DNA of 64,000 bases, taken from the IMG/VR virus record IMGVR_UViG_3300005613_000044, positions 9,057 to 73,056 of that record; one strand, written 5' to 3'. Made by a program: the position numbers and the translations under genes. Numbering within the stretch: position 1 is the first letter of the stretch; every line of letters begins with the position of its first letter. The stretch is from a virus. A model generated the notes under the pieces. The model had not been told where the DNA came from. It searched no databases and was given only the letters and a program-made list of their open reading frames with translations. This document shows positions 10,561-19,914 of the stretch, one piece after another.

Positions 10561-10589
10561 TTGATAAGTATCAATATATCTGTTATACT
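10561..10589 (+). promoter_or_regulatory. sigma70-type promoter for gp55
   Basis: TTGATA-17 bp-TATACT with an extended TG. Confidence 0.7.
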
Positions 10590-10613
10590 GATGTCAAGAT
10601 ATAAAACTATATT

Positions 10614-11120
10614 ATGGTAACCAATACAACTTCATATTCAAAAATGGCTCGACCAAAGAAATCCGAACACTACGTTAATAATAAAGATTTTTTAAATGCA
10701 CTTGAGAATTATTTTGCAGAGATTGAAAGAGCTAAATTAAATGATAAACCGAAACCTCCAATTCCAAGATACATTGGTGAGTGTTTTCTAAAGATTGCAA
10801 ATCATCTTTCATATAAACCAAATTTTGTGAACTATATGTTTAAAGATGATATGATTTGTGATGGTATTGAAAATTGTGTGAGATATATTCATAATTTTAA
10901 TCCAGAGAAATCTAAAAATCCTTTTGCATATTTTACTCAAATTATCTACTATGCATTTCTGAGAAGAATCTCTCAGGAGAAAAAACAACTTGAGATTAAG
11001 AATAAAATCCTTGAGAAGACTGGATTTGATGAAGTCTTCGATTCTAATGATCTTGACAGTGATAACTACTCCGATTATAATTCAATCAAAGATGCAGTAC
11101 ACACTAAGCTTAGATACTAA
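10614..11120 (+). CDS. gp55: late transcription sigma factor
   Basis: HYVNNKDFL, YIGECFLKIA and NPFAYFTQI motifs. Confidence 0.95.
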   Translation: MVTNTTSYSKMARPKKSEHYVNNKDFLNALENYFAEIERAKLNDKPKPPIPRYIGECFLKIANHLSYKPNFVNYMFKDDMICDGIENCVRYIHNFNPEKSKNPFAYFTQIIYYAFLRRISQEKKQLEIKNKILEKTGFDEVFDSNDLDSDNYSDYNSIKDAVHTKLRY

Positions 11121-11476
11121 TGATTGGAAATCTTGATCCTGAAGAACGTGTTATGAATGATATTCCTAAACATGATTGGACAAAAAACGAAGATGAGTTT
11201 TTTGCTTGGGAAGACAATGGAATTATGGATCGCATTCAAGATTACCTTGAAGATCTTGGTTGGGAAGCATCTGATAAGATTGATGTAGAGATTGGTGGAA
11301 CTCAAGTTTCGGGTATTGATGTTGGTGAAGAATATAATAAAAAGTGGCAATCACCAATTGGAACTCGTAAGTATAATAAAGACTCCTTTATTGTCATTAA
11401 AAATCAATCCCGTAGAGATTTGACTAAATCTCAACCAATGAAAGAATTCAAACCAAAGCATACAGATGCTCCATAA
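11120..11476 (+). CDS. hypothetical protein
   Basis: ORF translationally coupled to gp55 (TAATG). Confidence 0.7.
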   Translation: MIGNLDPEERVMNDIPKHDWTKNEDEFFAWEDNGIMDRIQDYLEDLGWEASDKIDVEIGGTQVSGIDVGEEYNKKWQSPIGTRKYNKDSFIVIKNQSRRDLTKSQPMKEFKPKHTDAP

Positions 11477-11516
11477 TGTGCTATAATTATATATAATATA
11501 GACACTATGGTGCTGT

Positions 11517-12044
11517 ATGGCTAATCAATATCCTGCTGAAAGTAAAAAGAACAGAGACCAAGCAATATCAGGGGGGAAGAAGAGATACCTCTCTGCCACT
11601 CCATGTAAGAAATGTGGAACATATGAGAGGTATGTTTCAACTTATGGTTGCTGTAAGTGTGTGGTGGAAGCAGGATTAAAGAAACTTGCTGATAAGGAGT
11701 TGATGGCACCTTATAGAACAAAGGAGAATCAAGCAAAGAAACAAAAAGCCTGGAGGGAAAAGAACTACGAAAAGTTTCAGCAACAGTGGTTGAGATATCC
11801 AGAAAAGAGTAATGCCAGAGCCGCCAAGAGAAGGGCCGCAGTAAGAAATCAAACACCAGATTTGACTGAAGAACAAGTCAAACAAATATTGACAATATAT
11901 GAAGAGTGTAGTAGAATTTCTGTTGAAACTGATATCCCTCACGAAGTGGACCACATTATTCCTATTTGTAAAGGTGGATTACACCATCCAGACAACCTAC
12001 AAATTTTGACTATGAAAGAAAACCGTGAGAAGGGTGGAAAGTGA
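11517..12044 (+). CDS. free-standing HNH endonuclease (putative homing endonuclease)
   Basis: C-terminal HEVDHIIPICKGGLHHPDNLQIL HNH motif; N-terminal CxxC..CxxC. Confidence 0.85.
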   Translation: MANQYPAESKKNRDQAISGGKKRYLSATPCKKCGTYERYVSTYGCCKCVVEAGLKKLADKELMAPYRTKENQAKKQKAWREKNYEKFQQQWLRYPEKSNARAAKRRAAVRNQTPDLTEEQVKQILTIYEECSRISVETDIPHEVDHIIPICKGGLHHPDNLQILTMKENREKGGK

Positions 12045-13087
12045 AGATAGGAATTATCAGCGACACACATTTCGGGGCTAGAAAGGGTTCTAAACTCTTT
12101 CATGATTATTTTGAGGAGTTTTATAAAAATATTTTCTTCCCAACTCTAGATGAACAAGGTATTGATACTGTAGTTCATATGGGTGATGCTTTTGATAGTA
12201 GGAAAGGTATTGAATTTAAATCTCTTGACTGGTCAAAAAGAGTTGTTTTTAATCCTCTCAAACAAAGAGGAATTCAAGTTCACTTGATGGTTGGTAATCA
12301 CGATGCCTACTATAAGAACACAAATGAAATTAATGCAATAAACCTTCTACTTAAAGAGTATGATAATGTTAAAGTCTACTCTTCTGCAACGGAAGTTGAA
12401 CTTGGAAATCTGAAAACACTTTTTATTCCTTGGATTAATGAACAAAATCAAAATCAAACTGAAAAACTTATTCAAAAGACATCTTGCAAGTGTGCGATGG
12501 GGCACCTTGAGCTCCAGGGATTTAGAATTAATAAACAAATCACCATGGATCATGGTATGGAGAGCAAACTATTTGACAAGTTCACCAAAGTCTTCAGCGG
12601 TCACTATCACACTAGATCGGACAACGGAAAAATATTCTACTTAGGAAATCCTTATGAGATTTATTGGACTGATGTGAATGATCTAAGAGGATTTACTATT
12701 TTTGATACAGAAACTCTAGAACATTATCCGGTAAATAATCCTTATCGTATCTTTTACAATATCTATTACGAAGATCAAGATTATCAAATATTCGATACTT
12801 CAGAATATAAGAATAAAATTGTCAAACTTATTGTTCGTAAGAAGAGTGATATTAAAAAGTTTGAAAAGTTTATTGATAAACTTTATTCTTCCGGAATTGC
12901 TGATTTAAAGGTTGTAGAAAATTTTGACTTTTCTTCTCTTACTGAAGAACAAAGTGAAGTTTTTGAATCCGAAGATACACTTTCTATTCTTGATAGATAT
13001 ATACAAGAGGCTGATACTGAACTCGATAAATCCAACATCCAGTCAATTATCAGAGAAATTTATCAAGAAGCATGTGAATTAGGGTAA
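12041..13087 (+). CDS. gp47: recombination endonuclease subunit (Mre11/SbcD-like)
   Basis: SDTHFG, GDAFD, GNHD and SGHYH phosphoesterase motifs. Confidence 0.95.
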   Translation: MKIGIISDTHFGARKGSKLFHDYFEEFYKNIFFPTLDEQGIDTVVHMGDAFDSRKGIEFKSLDWSKRVVFNPLKQRGIQVHLMVGNHDAYYKNTNEINAINLLLKEYDNVKVYSSATEVELGNLKTLFIPWINEQNQNQTEKLIQKTSCKCAMGHLELQGFRINKQITMDHGMESKLFDKFTKVFSGHYHTRSDNGKIFYLGNPYEIYWTDVNDLRGFTIFDTETLEHYPVNNPYRIFYNIYYEDQDYQIFDTSEYKNKIVKLIVRKKSDIKKFEKFIDKLYSSGIADLKVVENFDFSSLTEEQSEVFESEDTLSILDRYIQEADTELDKSNIQSIIREIYQEACELG

Positions 13088-13365
13088 TGTATATTATTAC
13101 AGTTGCTGGTAAAGAAAAGAAGGGGGCTTATTCTCTTATCGATGAGGATAACGAAGAAGTTCTTTTTATTTTTGAAGAAGAAGATGATGCTACCAGATAT
13201 GTAATGCAACTGGAAGATATGGGTTATCCTAAAATGAAAGTTCTTGAAATTGAAGATGAAGTAATGATAAAAACTTGTGAAATACATGGGCACAGATATA
13301 CTGTTATAACTTCTAATGACATTGTAATTCCTCCTGATACTGACACCTCTCATGATTACATTTAA
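13087..13365 (+). CDS. conserved hypothetical protein
   Basis: Coupled ORF between gp47 and gp46. Confidence 0.7.
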   Translation: MYIITVAGKEKKGAYSLIDEDNEEVLFIFEEEDDATRYVMQLEDMGYPKMKVLEIEDEVMIKTCEIHGHRYTVITSNDIVIPPDTDTSHDYI

Positions 13366-15088
13366 AAATATTCGTTGGCGTAATTTTCTTTCTACCGGAA
13401 ATCAATTTACTAAAGTATCTCTGGATAAAACTTCTACAACTCTTATTATCGGAACAAATGGAGCTGGCAAGTCAACTATTCTTGATGCATTGACCTTTTC
13501 TTTGTATGGAAAGTCATTTCGTAAGATTAATAAAAATCAACTTATCAATACTACCAATGAGAAGAATTGTTTGGTAGAAATTGAATTTGATTTGAATGGA
13601 ACTGAGTGGAAAATTGAGAGAGGAATTAAGCCTAATATTTTTAAAATTCATAGAGATGGTGAAGAGTTAGATCAATCACACTCTGCCATTGATCAACAAA
13701 AGTGGTTGGAACAGAATGTCTTAAAGATGAACTATAAAAGTTTTACTCAAATTGTAATTCTTGGTTCTTCCACTTTTGTTCCTTTTATGCAACTTCCTGT
13801 TTCGAGTAGAAGAGAAGTTGTGGAAGATCTTTTGGATATTAAGATTTTTTCATCGATGAATACTCTCATCAAGGAAAAGATTCGAACAATTCGAGATGAA
13901 ATTAAAACCTTTGAATTAAAAAAAGAATCACTTAAAGATAAAGTTGAAATGCAAAAAAACTTTATTGATGAGATTCTGAGTGAAGGTAAGAAGAATATTG
14001 AGGAAAAGTGTCAAGTTATTAGTGATCTCAATGTAGAAATTGAAAAGTATACACAAGATAATGATCATCTTCGTGAAGAGGTAGATACTCAATCATCAAT
14101 TGTCAGTGAGTTTGAAAATGCTTCTTCTAAATTAAAGGAGTATGGGAATTGTAAAGGTAAAATCACCCAAAAAATCAGTAATATTGTAAAAGAACACAAA
14201 TTTTTTACTGAAAACACTGTCTGCCCTACCTGTGATCAAGATATCGAAGAATCATTCCGTGTAAATAGAATTAAGGACTCTCAAGATAAAGCACAAGAAT
14301 TGCAGAAGGGATTTCAAGAACTTCAAGAAGCAATTAAAAAGGAAGAGTTGAGAGAGTCAAAATTTAATACTATTTCGGGAGTTATTCGAAATTTACTTAA
14401 TGACGTTAATCAAAACAATACTAACATCTCTGGATGTCAGAAACAAATCAAGAGACTGGAATCGGAAATTCAAACTACTGCCAGCAGACTTGAAAATAGA
14501 AATTCTGAACATGAGAAGCTAGAGTCTTTCAGAGAAAAGTTGGAAGATACTTATCAACAACTTGCTGATTTAAAGGAAAAAATTTCATATTATGATTTTT
14601 CTTACAATCTTCTGAAAGATGGCGGAGTAAAATCTTTAATCGTCAAAAAGTATCTTCCACTGATTAATCAATCGGTGAACAAGTATCTCCAGTTAATGGA
14701 TTTTTATATTAATTTTAAACTCGATGATGAGTTTAATGAAACAATTGAATCTCCAATTCATGAAGACTTTTCATATTCTTCTTTTTCTGAAGGAGAGAAA
14801 ATGAGAATTGATTTAGCTCTTCTTTTTACTTGGAGAGAGATTGCAAGATTTAAAAATTCTGTCAATACAAATCTTTTGATTATGGATGAAGTTTTTGATT
14901 CTTCCCTTGATGGATTTGGAACTGAAGAATTCTTAAAAATCATTAGATATGTGATTAAAGATGCTAACATCTTTGTCATTTCTCATAAAAATGGTCTTGA
15001 AGATAAGTTTGATGATGTAATAAAATTTGAAAAAGTCAAAGGATTCTCAAGGATGGTGACAGAAGATGGTTCTCAAGTGGACACATGA
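13352..15088 (+). CDS. gp46: recombination ATPase subunit (Rad50/SbcC-like)
   Basis: GTNGAGKS Walker A, CPTC zinc hook, FSEGEK signature and MDEVFD Walker B. Confidence 0.96.
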   Translation: MITFKNIRWRNFLSTGNQFTKVSLDKTSTTLIIGTNGAGKSTILDALTFSLYGKSFRKINKNQLINTTNEKNCLVEIEFDLNGTEWKIERGIKPNIFKIHRDGEELDQSHSAIDQQKWLEQNVLKMNYKSFTQIVILGSSTFVPFMQLPVSSRREVVEDLLDIKIFSSMNTLIKEKIRTIRDEIKTFELKKESLKDKVEMQKNFIDEILSEGKKNIEEKCQVISDLNVEIEKYTQDNDHLREEVDTQSSIVSEFENASSKLKEYGNCKGKITQKISNIVKEHKFFTENTVCPTCDQDIEESFRVNRIKDSQDKAQELQKGFQELQEAIKKEELRESKFNTISGVIRNLLNDVNQNNTNISGCQKQIKRLESEIQTTASRLENRNSEHEKLESFREKLEDTYQQLADLKEKISYYDFSYNLLKDGGVKSLIVKKYLPLINQSVNKYLQLMDFYINFKLDDEFNETIESPIHEDFSYSSFSEGEKMRIDLALLFTWREIARFKNSVNTNLLIMDEVFDSSLDGFGTEEFLKIIRYVIKDANIFVISHKNGLEDKFDDVIKFEKVKGFSRMVTEDGSQVDT

Positions 15089-15135
15089 AAAACTGTCACT
15101 GGTAACTCCCAGCAGGATCTGAAGTTTGGTATTAT
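15077..15135 (+). promoter_or_regulatory. putative early promoter with upstream CAC.T-N4-AA.TGTCA motif
   Basis: GTGGACACATGAAAAACTGTCAC, with a TGnTATTAT -10 box starting 32 nt after TGTCA. Same geometry as 17293..17349. Confidence 0.55.
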
Positions 15136-15158
15136 ATGGGTAACGGAGAAAACTACCC

Positions 15159-17294
15159 ATGCCGATCAATTACGAAATCAAGTCCCAGCTGGCTAAACTT
15201 CTTGCAACTGAAGATCTAATTGTAGAAAATCGTAATGTTGAAACGGCACAGTTTGATGTTGAACGTCGTATTTTGACTCTTCCTATGTGGAAACGAGCCA
15301 GTAATGATGTTTATGATATGCTTGTAGGTCATGAAGTTGGTCATGCACTTTACACCCCCAATGACTGGTCTTTTGAGGGTAAGATTCCTAAACAGTTTGT
15401 CAATGTGACCGAAGATGCTCGTATTGAGAAACTGATGAAACGTCGGTATTCTGGTATCTCAAAAACCTTTTATAGGGGTTATGAAGAACTTTCTGAAAAA
15501 GATTTCTTTGGTATTGAAGGAGAAGATCTGTCTAAAAAGAATCTTGCAGATCGTGTAAATCTTTGGTTCAAGATTGGTAACTTTATTGACATTCCTATCC
15601 AAAGTGGTGAGGAGATGGAAATTGTCAATATGATTTCTGAATGTGAAACTTTTTCAGATGCGGTTCTTGCAGCTGAGGTTCTATACAAGTATTGTAAATC
15701 GGAACAACAGAAAGTTTCAGATATTGAAACTCCTGACCAAAAATCTGGTGAAGGTAAAAGTGGGGATGATATGACCCATGAAGAAATGATTGAGGAAGCG
15801 AAAAGGAGAGAGGAAGAGAATTTAGAATCAAGTAGTGGTGGTGATAATAATTCAAATGTAGACAGTTCCAATGACATTGATAGTGAACCAGAGGTTGAAA
15901 CTGATAGCACTTTTAGTGATGGTGTTCAGGAACTGAACGGAAATGAAAGTTCTAATGAGTCGGTTTATTTTGAAGTTCCTAAAGTGAATCTTGGAGAAAT
16001 TGTAATTTCTAACAATAAAGTTTATTCTGAATTACATGATTTCTTTATCGACCAGACAACTTCTAAAGAATATTGGGATTCATATTTTGAAGAATATCGT
16101 TGGTCTAAACCTGTAGATTATAGTCTTTCTGATAATGACTATAAAAAATTCAAATCTTCTGCTCAAAAAGAAGTGAATTACTTGGTGAAAGAATTTGAAT
16201 CCAAAAAATCTGCAGATTCTTATTCACGAGCTACGACTTCAAGAACTGGTGTTTTGGATTGTTCTAAACTTCATACTTATAAGTATAATGAAGATTTATT
16301 CAAGAAAGTTACTACTCTTGCTGATGGTAAAAATCATGGATTGATTTTTATTCTTGATTGGTCTGGTTCAATGTCAAATACTCTTCTTGATACTGTTAAA
16401 CAACTCTACAATCTGATTATTTTTTGTAATAAAGTAAAAATTCCCTTTGATGTTTATGCTTTTACTAATAATTACATCGACAAAAATTGCTCAAGGTATA
16501 ATAAAAAATGGAAAGACATCACCTATCAGGAGTTTGGTGAATATAAGTTGAATATTGGTAGAGATGTAAATCTTATTCATTTTTTCACTAGTGATGTGAG
16601 AAAGAGTGAACTTGAAAAACAGATGATTTATTTTTGGAGATTGGCTTACTCTAATTCTGGTATGGGTTACTATGACGTTCCTTCAAATTATTCTCTAAGT
16701 GGAACTCCTTTGAACGAATCTATTATTTGTCTTCATGAGATTATTCCTCAATTTCAAAAGAAGAATAAAGTTCAAAAAGTTCAATGTATTATTTTGACAG
16801 ATGGGGAAGCTAATTCTGTTCCGATTTTTAGTCCCTATACTTATAATGGTGTTACGGAAATTGGAAATCATTATCCCAGAACAGGAAGTTATCTTCGAAA
16901 TCGAAAGACTGGACATACTTATCGGATTGAATATGAATTCTATAAGTTTACTGAAGTTTTATTGAAAGATTTGAAACAGAAATTTCCACAGGTAAATTTT
17001 ATTGGAATTCGTATTCTTACAAATAGTGAATTTAGTAAATTTGTTCATAGGTATGAATCTTGTATTGGTGAAGATAAATATAAAAAAATGAAAAAAGAAA
17101 AATTCTGTAACATTAAAAATTCTGGATATACTTCTTACTTTGGTATGTTAAATTCTTCTTTGAATGTTGATACGAATTTTGATGTTGAAGATGGAGCTTC
17201 TAAATCAAAAATCAAGTCAGCTTTTATCAAGAATTTGAAGTCTAAATCAATGAACAAAAAGGTTCTAAATCAGTTCGTCGATCTGATCTGTTGA
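15159..17294 (+). CDS. metallopeptidase + VWA (CobT-like) protein
   Basis: HEVGH zincin motif, acidic linker, DWSGS MIDAS motif and LTDGE; adjacent to a CobS-like ATPase. Confidence 0.85.
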   Translation: MPINYEIKSQLAKLLATEDLIVENRNVETAQFDVERRILTLPMWKRASNDVYDMLVGHEVGHALYTPNDWSFEGKIPKQFVNVTEDARIEKLMKRRYSGISKTFYRGYEELSEKDFFGIEGEDLSKKNLADRVNLWFKIGNFIDIPIQSGEEMEIVNMISECETFSDAVLAAEVLYKYCKSEQQKVSDIETPDQKSGEGKSGDDMTHEEMIEEAKRREEENLESSSGGDNNSNVDSSNDIDSEPEVETDSTFSDGVQELNGNESSNESVYFEVPKVNLGEIVISNNKVYSELHDFFIDQTTSKEYWDSYFEEYRWSKPVDYSLSDNDYKKFKSSAQKEVNYLVKEFESKKSADSYSRATTSRTGVLDCSKLHTYKYNEDLFKKVTTLADGKNHGLIFILDWSGSMSNTLLDTVKQLYNLIIFCNKVKIPFDVYAFTNNYIDKNCSRYNKKWKDITYQEFGEYKLNIGRDVNLIHFFTSDVRKSELEKQMIYFWRLAYSNSGMGYYDVPSNYSLSGTPLNESIICLHEIIPQFQKKNKVQKVQCIILTDGEANSVPIFSPYTYNGVTEIGNHYPRTGSYLRNRKTGHTYRIEYEFYKFTEVLLKDLKQKFPQVNFIGIRILTNSEFSKFVHRYESCIGEDKYKKMKKEKFCNIKNSGYTSYFGMLNSSLNVDTNFDVEDGASKSKIKSAFIKNLKSKSMNKKVLNQFVDLIC

Positions 17295-17349
17295 TCACTT
17301 TGACAAGTGTCATAGGAGGAAGATCCATCTCCCTCCTCTAGGTTATAAT
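17293..17349 (+). promoter_or_regulatory. putative early promoter with upstream CAC.T-N4-AA.TGTCA motif
   Basis: CACTTTGACAAGTGTCA, with TATAAT starting 32 nt after TGTCA. Confidence 0.55.
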
Positions 17350-17379
17350 ATACTTGTAGGACAAAACCACTACTTCATC

Positions 17380-18486
17380 ATGTCTATCTCTTCTGAATAC
17401 ATTGTCACCTCACTTCAAAATCTTTATGGAGAAAATGTTACATCTGGTGATATTCGTGCCTGGTGTGCAATGAATGGATCTAACTATCAAACGGTTACCA
17501 ATAAACTAACTCAATACAAAGTGGGTCGTGGCAAGTGGAATCTTGAAGTGACTCAAGAAAAAGTGGAAGAGATCGAACGTACTTATCAAGCACCTGCTTC
17601 TCTTCCTTCAATCGAACAAAACCTTATTCCCGAGAAAGATGATACCTTCGTCAAGTTTGGTAATTTTGGTGACATTAAAAAGATTATTCAATCCAATCTT
17701 TTCTACCCTACATTCATTACGGGCCTTTCTGGAAACGGTAAAACCTTTCTGGTTGAGCAATCATGTGCACAACTCAAGAGGGAGTTAATCCGTGTCAACA
17801 TTACCATCGAAACTGATGAAGATGATCTTATTGGTGGTTTCCGTCTTGTTAATGGTGAAACTGTGTGGCATAACGGGCCTGTCATTGAAGCACTTGAACG
17901 GGGAGCTGTGTTGCTTCTAGATGAGGTTGACTTAGCATCCAATAAGATTCTGTGTCTTCAGTCTATCCTTGAAGGTAAAGGTGTGTTTCTGAAGAAGATT
18001 GGCAAGTTTGTTCAACCAAAAGATGGCTTCAATATTATTGCAACTGCAAATACTAAGGGTAAAGGTTCGGATGATGGTCGTTTCATTGGCACCAACGTTC
18101 TGAACGAAGCATTCCTTGAACGTTTCTGTGTCACCTTTGAACAAGAATATCCCACTCCTGCTAATGAGGCAAAGATCTTGATGAAGGTTGCTGAGTCTCT
18201 TGGTGTTAATGATGATAATTTCATCACTCGTCTTGTAGATTGGGGTGACATTATTCGTAAGACCTTCTATGATGGTGGTATTGACGAGATTATCAGTACT
18301 CGTCGTTTGGTACATATCATTAAAGCATTTCAAATCTTTGGTGATAAGGCAAAGGCAATTCAAGTATGTTTGAATCGTTTTGATGATGAAACTAAACAAG
18401 TTTTTATGGAACTTTATGATAAAGTAGATTCTGAGTTCCAAATGCCTTCTAACAAAGAATCTCTTGACTCTGAAAACTTCTCTTGA
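17380..18486 (+). CDS. cobS: CobS-like / MoxR-type AAA+ ATPase
   Basis: GLSGNGKT, LLLDEVD, ATANTKG and NEAFLERF motifs. Confidence 0.9.
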   Translation: MSISSEYIVTSLQNLYGENVTSGDIRAWCAMNGSNYQTVTNKLTQYKVGRGKWNLEVTQEKVEEIERTYQAPASLPSIEQNLIPEKDDTFVKFGNFGDIKKIIQSNLFYPTFITGLSGNGKTFLVEQSCAQLKRELIRVNITIETDEDDLIGGFRLVNGETVWHNGPVIEALERGAVLLLDEVDLASNKILCLQSILEGKGVFLKKIGKFVQPKDGFNIIATANTKGKGSDDGRFIGTNVLNEAFLERFCVTFEQEYPTPANEAKILMKVAESLGVNDDNFITRLVDWGDIIRKTFYDGGIDEIISTRRLVHIIKAFQIFGDKAKAIQVCLNRFDDETKQVFMELYDKVDSEFQMPSNKESLDSENFS

Positions 18487-18497
18487 TATAATCTAAT

Positions 18498-18911
18498 ATG
18501 GAAAACTTTGAATCTACTGATCGGGGTGACTTTTGGGACACTTACTATGGTGATGATTACTTACAAATTATTGGAAATGCAATGAACGAAAATGATTATG
18601 TTAATGGAGAATCAAATCCTCCAAATCAATGGAAGTATAATGAAGAGGAGATTGTAAAAGAACTCCTTGAATATATTCGAGGAACTTACAGTCAGCATTA
18701 TTCTGCTGGTGATGATAAAGTCCAAACACTGGATTTGATTGAGGCATGTGGTGATGGTGAAGCATTTTGCAGATCTAACATTCTGAAGTATGCTTCTAGA
18801 TATGATAAAAAAGGCACTGCTCGTATGGATATCATGAAGGTTCTGCATTATGCAGTTCTTCTCATGAATTACAACGATCGTAATGCACAACGTGAAACTT
18901 ACAACCAATGA
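18498..18911 (+). CDS. conserved hypothetical protein (DUF3310-like)
   Basis: HY..., FCRSNILKYASRYDKKG motif; promoter TTGACT-17-TATAAT upstream. Confidence 0.7.
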   Translation: MENFESTDRGDFWDTYYGDDYLQIIGNAMNENDYVNGESNPPNQWKYNEEEIVKELLEYIRGTYSQHYSAGDDKVQTLDLIEACGDGEAFCRSNILKYASRYDKKGTARMDIMKVLHYAVLLMNYNDRNAQRETYNQ

Positions 18912-19579
18912 ACATGAAACTGTCTGAAACTACTGTCAATTTCCTCAAAAACTTTTCTTCTATCAATCAATCGATTCTTTTCAAAGAAGGTAACAAACTG
19001 AGATCTATTTCTGTTATGAAGAATATTCTTGCAGAAGCAACAATCACAGAAGATATTCCTAAAGACTTTGGTATCTATGATCTTAATCAGTTTTTGAATG
19101 GTCTGAGTCTCCACTCAAATCCAGATCTTGATTTTACAAATAATGAGTACGTTCTCATCAAAGAAGGAAAGATGAGATCCAAGTACTTCTTTGCGGATCC
19201 CACAGTAATTGTTTCTCCTCCCGAAAAAGAAATTTCACTTCCTACTGAAGATGTAAGTTTCGTAATTACAAGTCAACAGCTTGAGAAACTTAAGAAAGCA
19301 TCTTCTATTTACCAACTTCCAGATATTTCTGTTATTGGTGAAGATGGCATTGTGAAACTGGTTGTTCGTGATAAGAAGAACGATACCTCTCACAAATTTG
19401 ATATCGAAGTTGGTGAAACTGATTCTGACTTTGTATTTAATTTCAAAGAGGAGAATTTGAAGATTCTTCCAGGAACCTATGATGTTGTAGTTTCTTCCAA
19501 ACTTCTTTCTAGGTTTACGAGTCAAAATCACGATCTTTGTTATTATATCGCTCTCGAACCAGATTCCACTTTTGGGTGA
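18908..19579 (+). CDS. gp45: sliding clamp
   Basis: LKNFSSINQSI, FGIYDLNQFL and YYIALEPDS motifs. Confidence 0.95.
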   Translation: MNMKLSETTVNFLKNFSSINQSILFKEGNKLRSISVMKNILAEATITEDIPKDFGIYDLNQFLNGLSLHSNPDLDFTNNEYVLIKEGKMRSKYFFADPTVIVSPPEKEISLPTEDVSFVITSQQLEKLKKASSIYQLPDISVIGEDGIVKLVVRDKKNDTSHKFDIEVGETDSDFVFNFKEENLKILPGTYDVVVSSKLLSRFTSQNHDLCYYIALEPDSTFG

Positions 19580-19914
19580 TGAAACATATACTCTTCACAT
19601 TAAAAGGTTGTCCTTTTGAGTTATTGGATGATGAGGCACATATTCGTAATGTCCTTACAAATGCTGCCTTATTATCTGAGAGTACACTTCTAGGTATTCA
19701 ATCTCATAAATTTCAACCTCAAGGAGTTACTGCTGTTGCTCTTCTCGCAGAGTCTCACATCTCAATCCACACATGGCCTGAGAACGGTATGGCAGTATGT
19801 GATGTGTTCACTTGTGGTGATCATACTAATCCAAGAGCTGGTGCTACTTATATGTACGAAGCAATGGGTGCAACTGATTTAGTTTCTGAAACTTTTAAGA
19901 GACCTTTGGAATGA
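19579..19914 (+). CDS. speD: pyruvoyl-dependent S-adenosylmethionine decarboxylase-like proenzyme
   Basis: FQPQGVTAVALLAESHISIHTWPE with the ESH cleavage site; DVFTCG. Confidence 0.9.
   Translation: MKHILFTLKGCPFELLDDEAHIRNVLTNAALLSESTLLGIQSHKFQPQGVTAVALLAESHISIHTWPENGMAVCDVFTCGDHTNPRAGATYMYEAMGATDLVSETFKRPLE

Noticed and set aside
17380-18486. cobS as evidence of cobalamin biosynthesis
   Set aside because: No other cob genes are present and the partner carries a peptidase domain.
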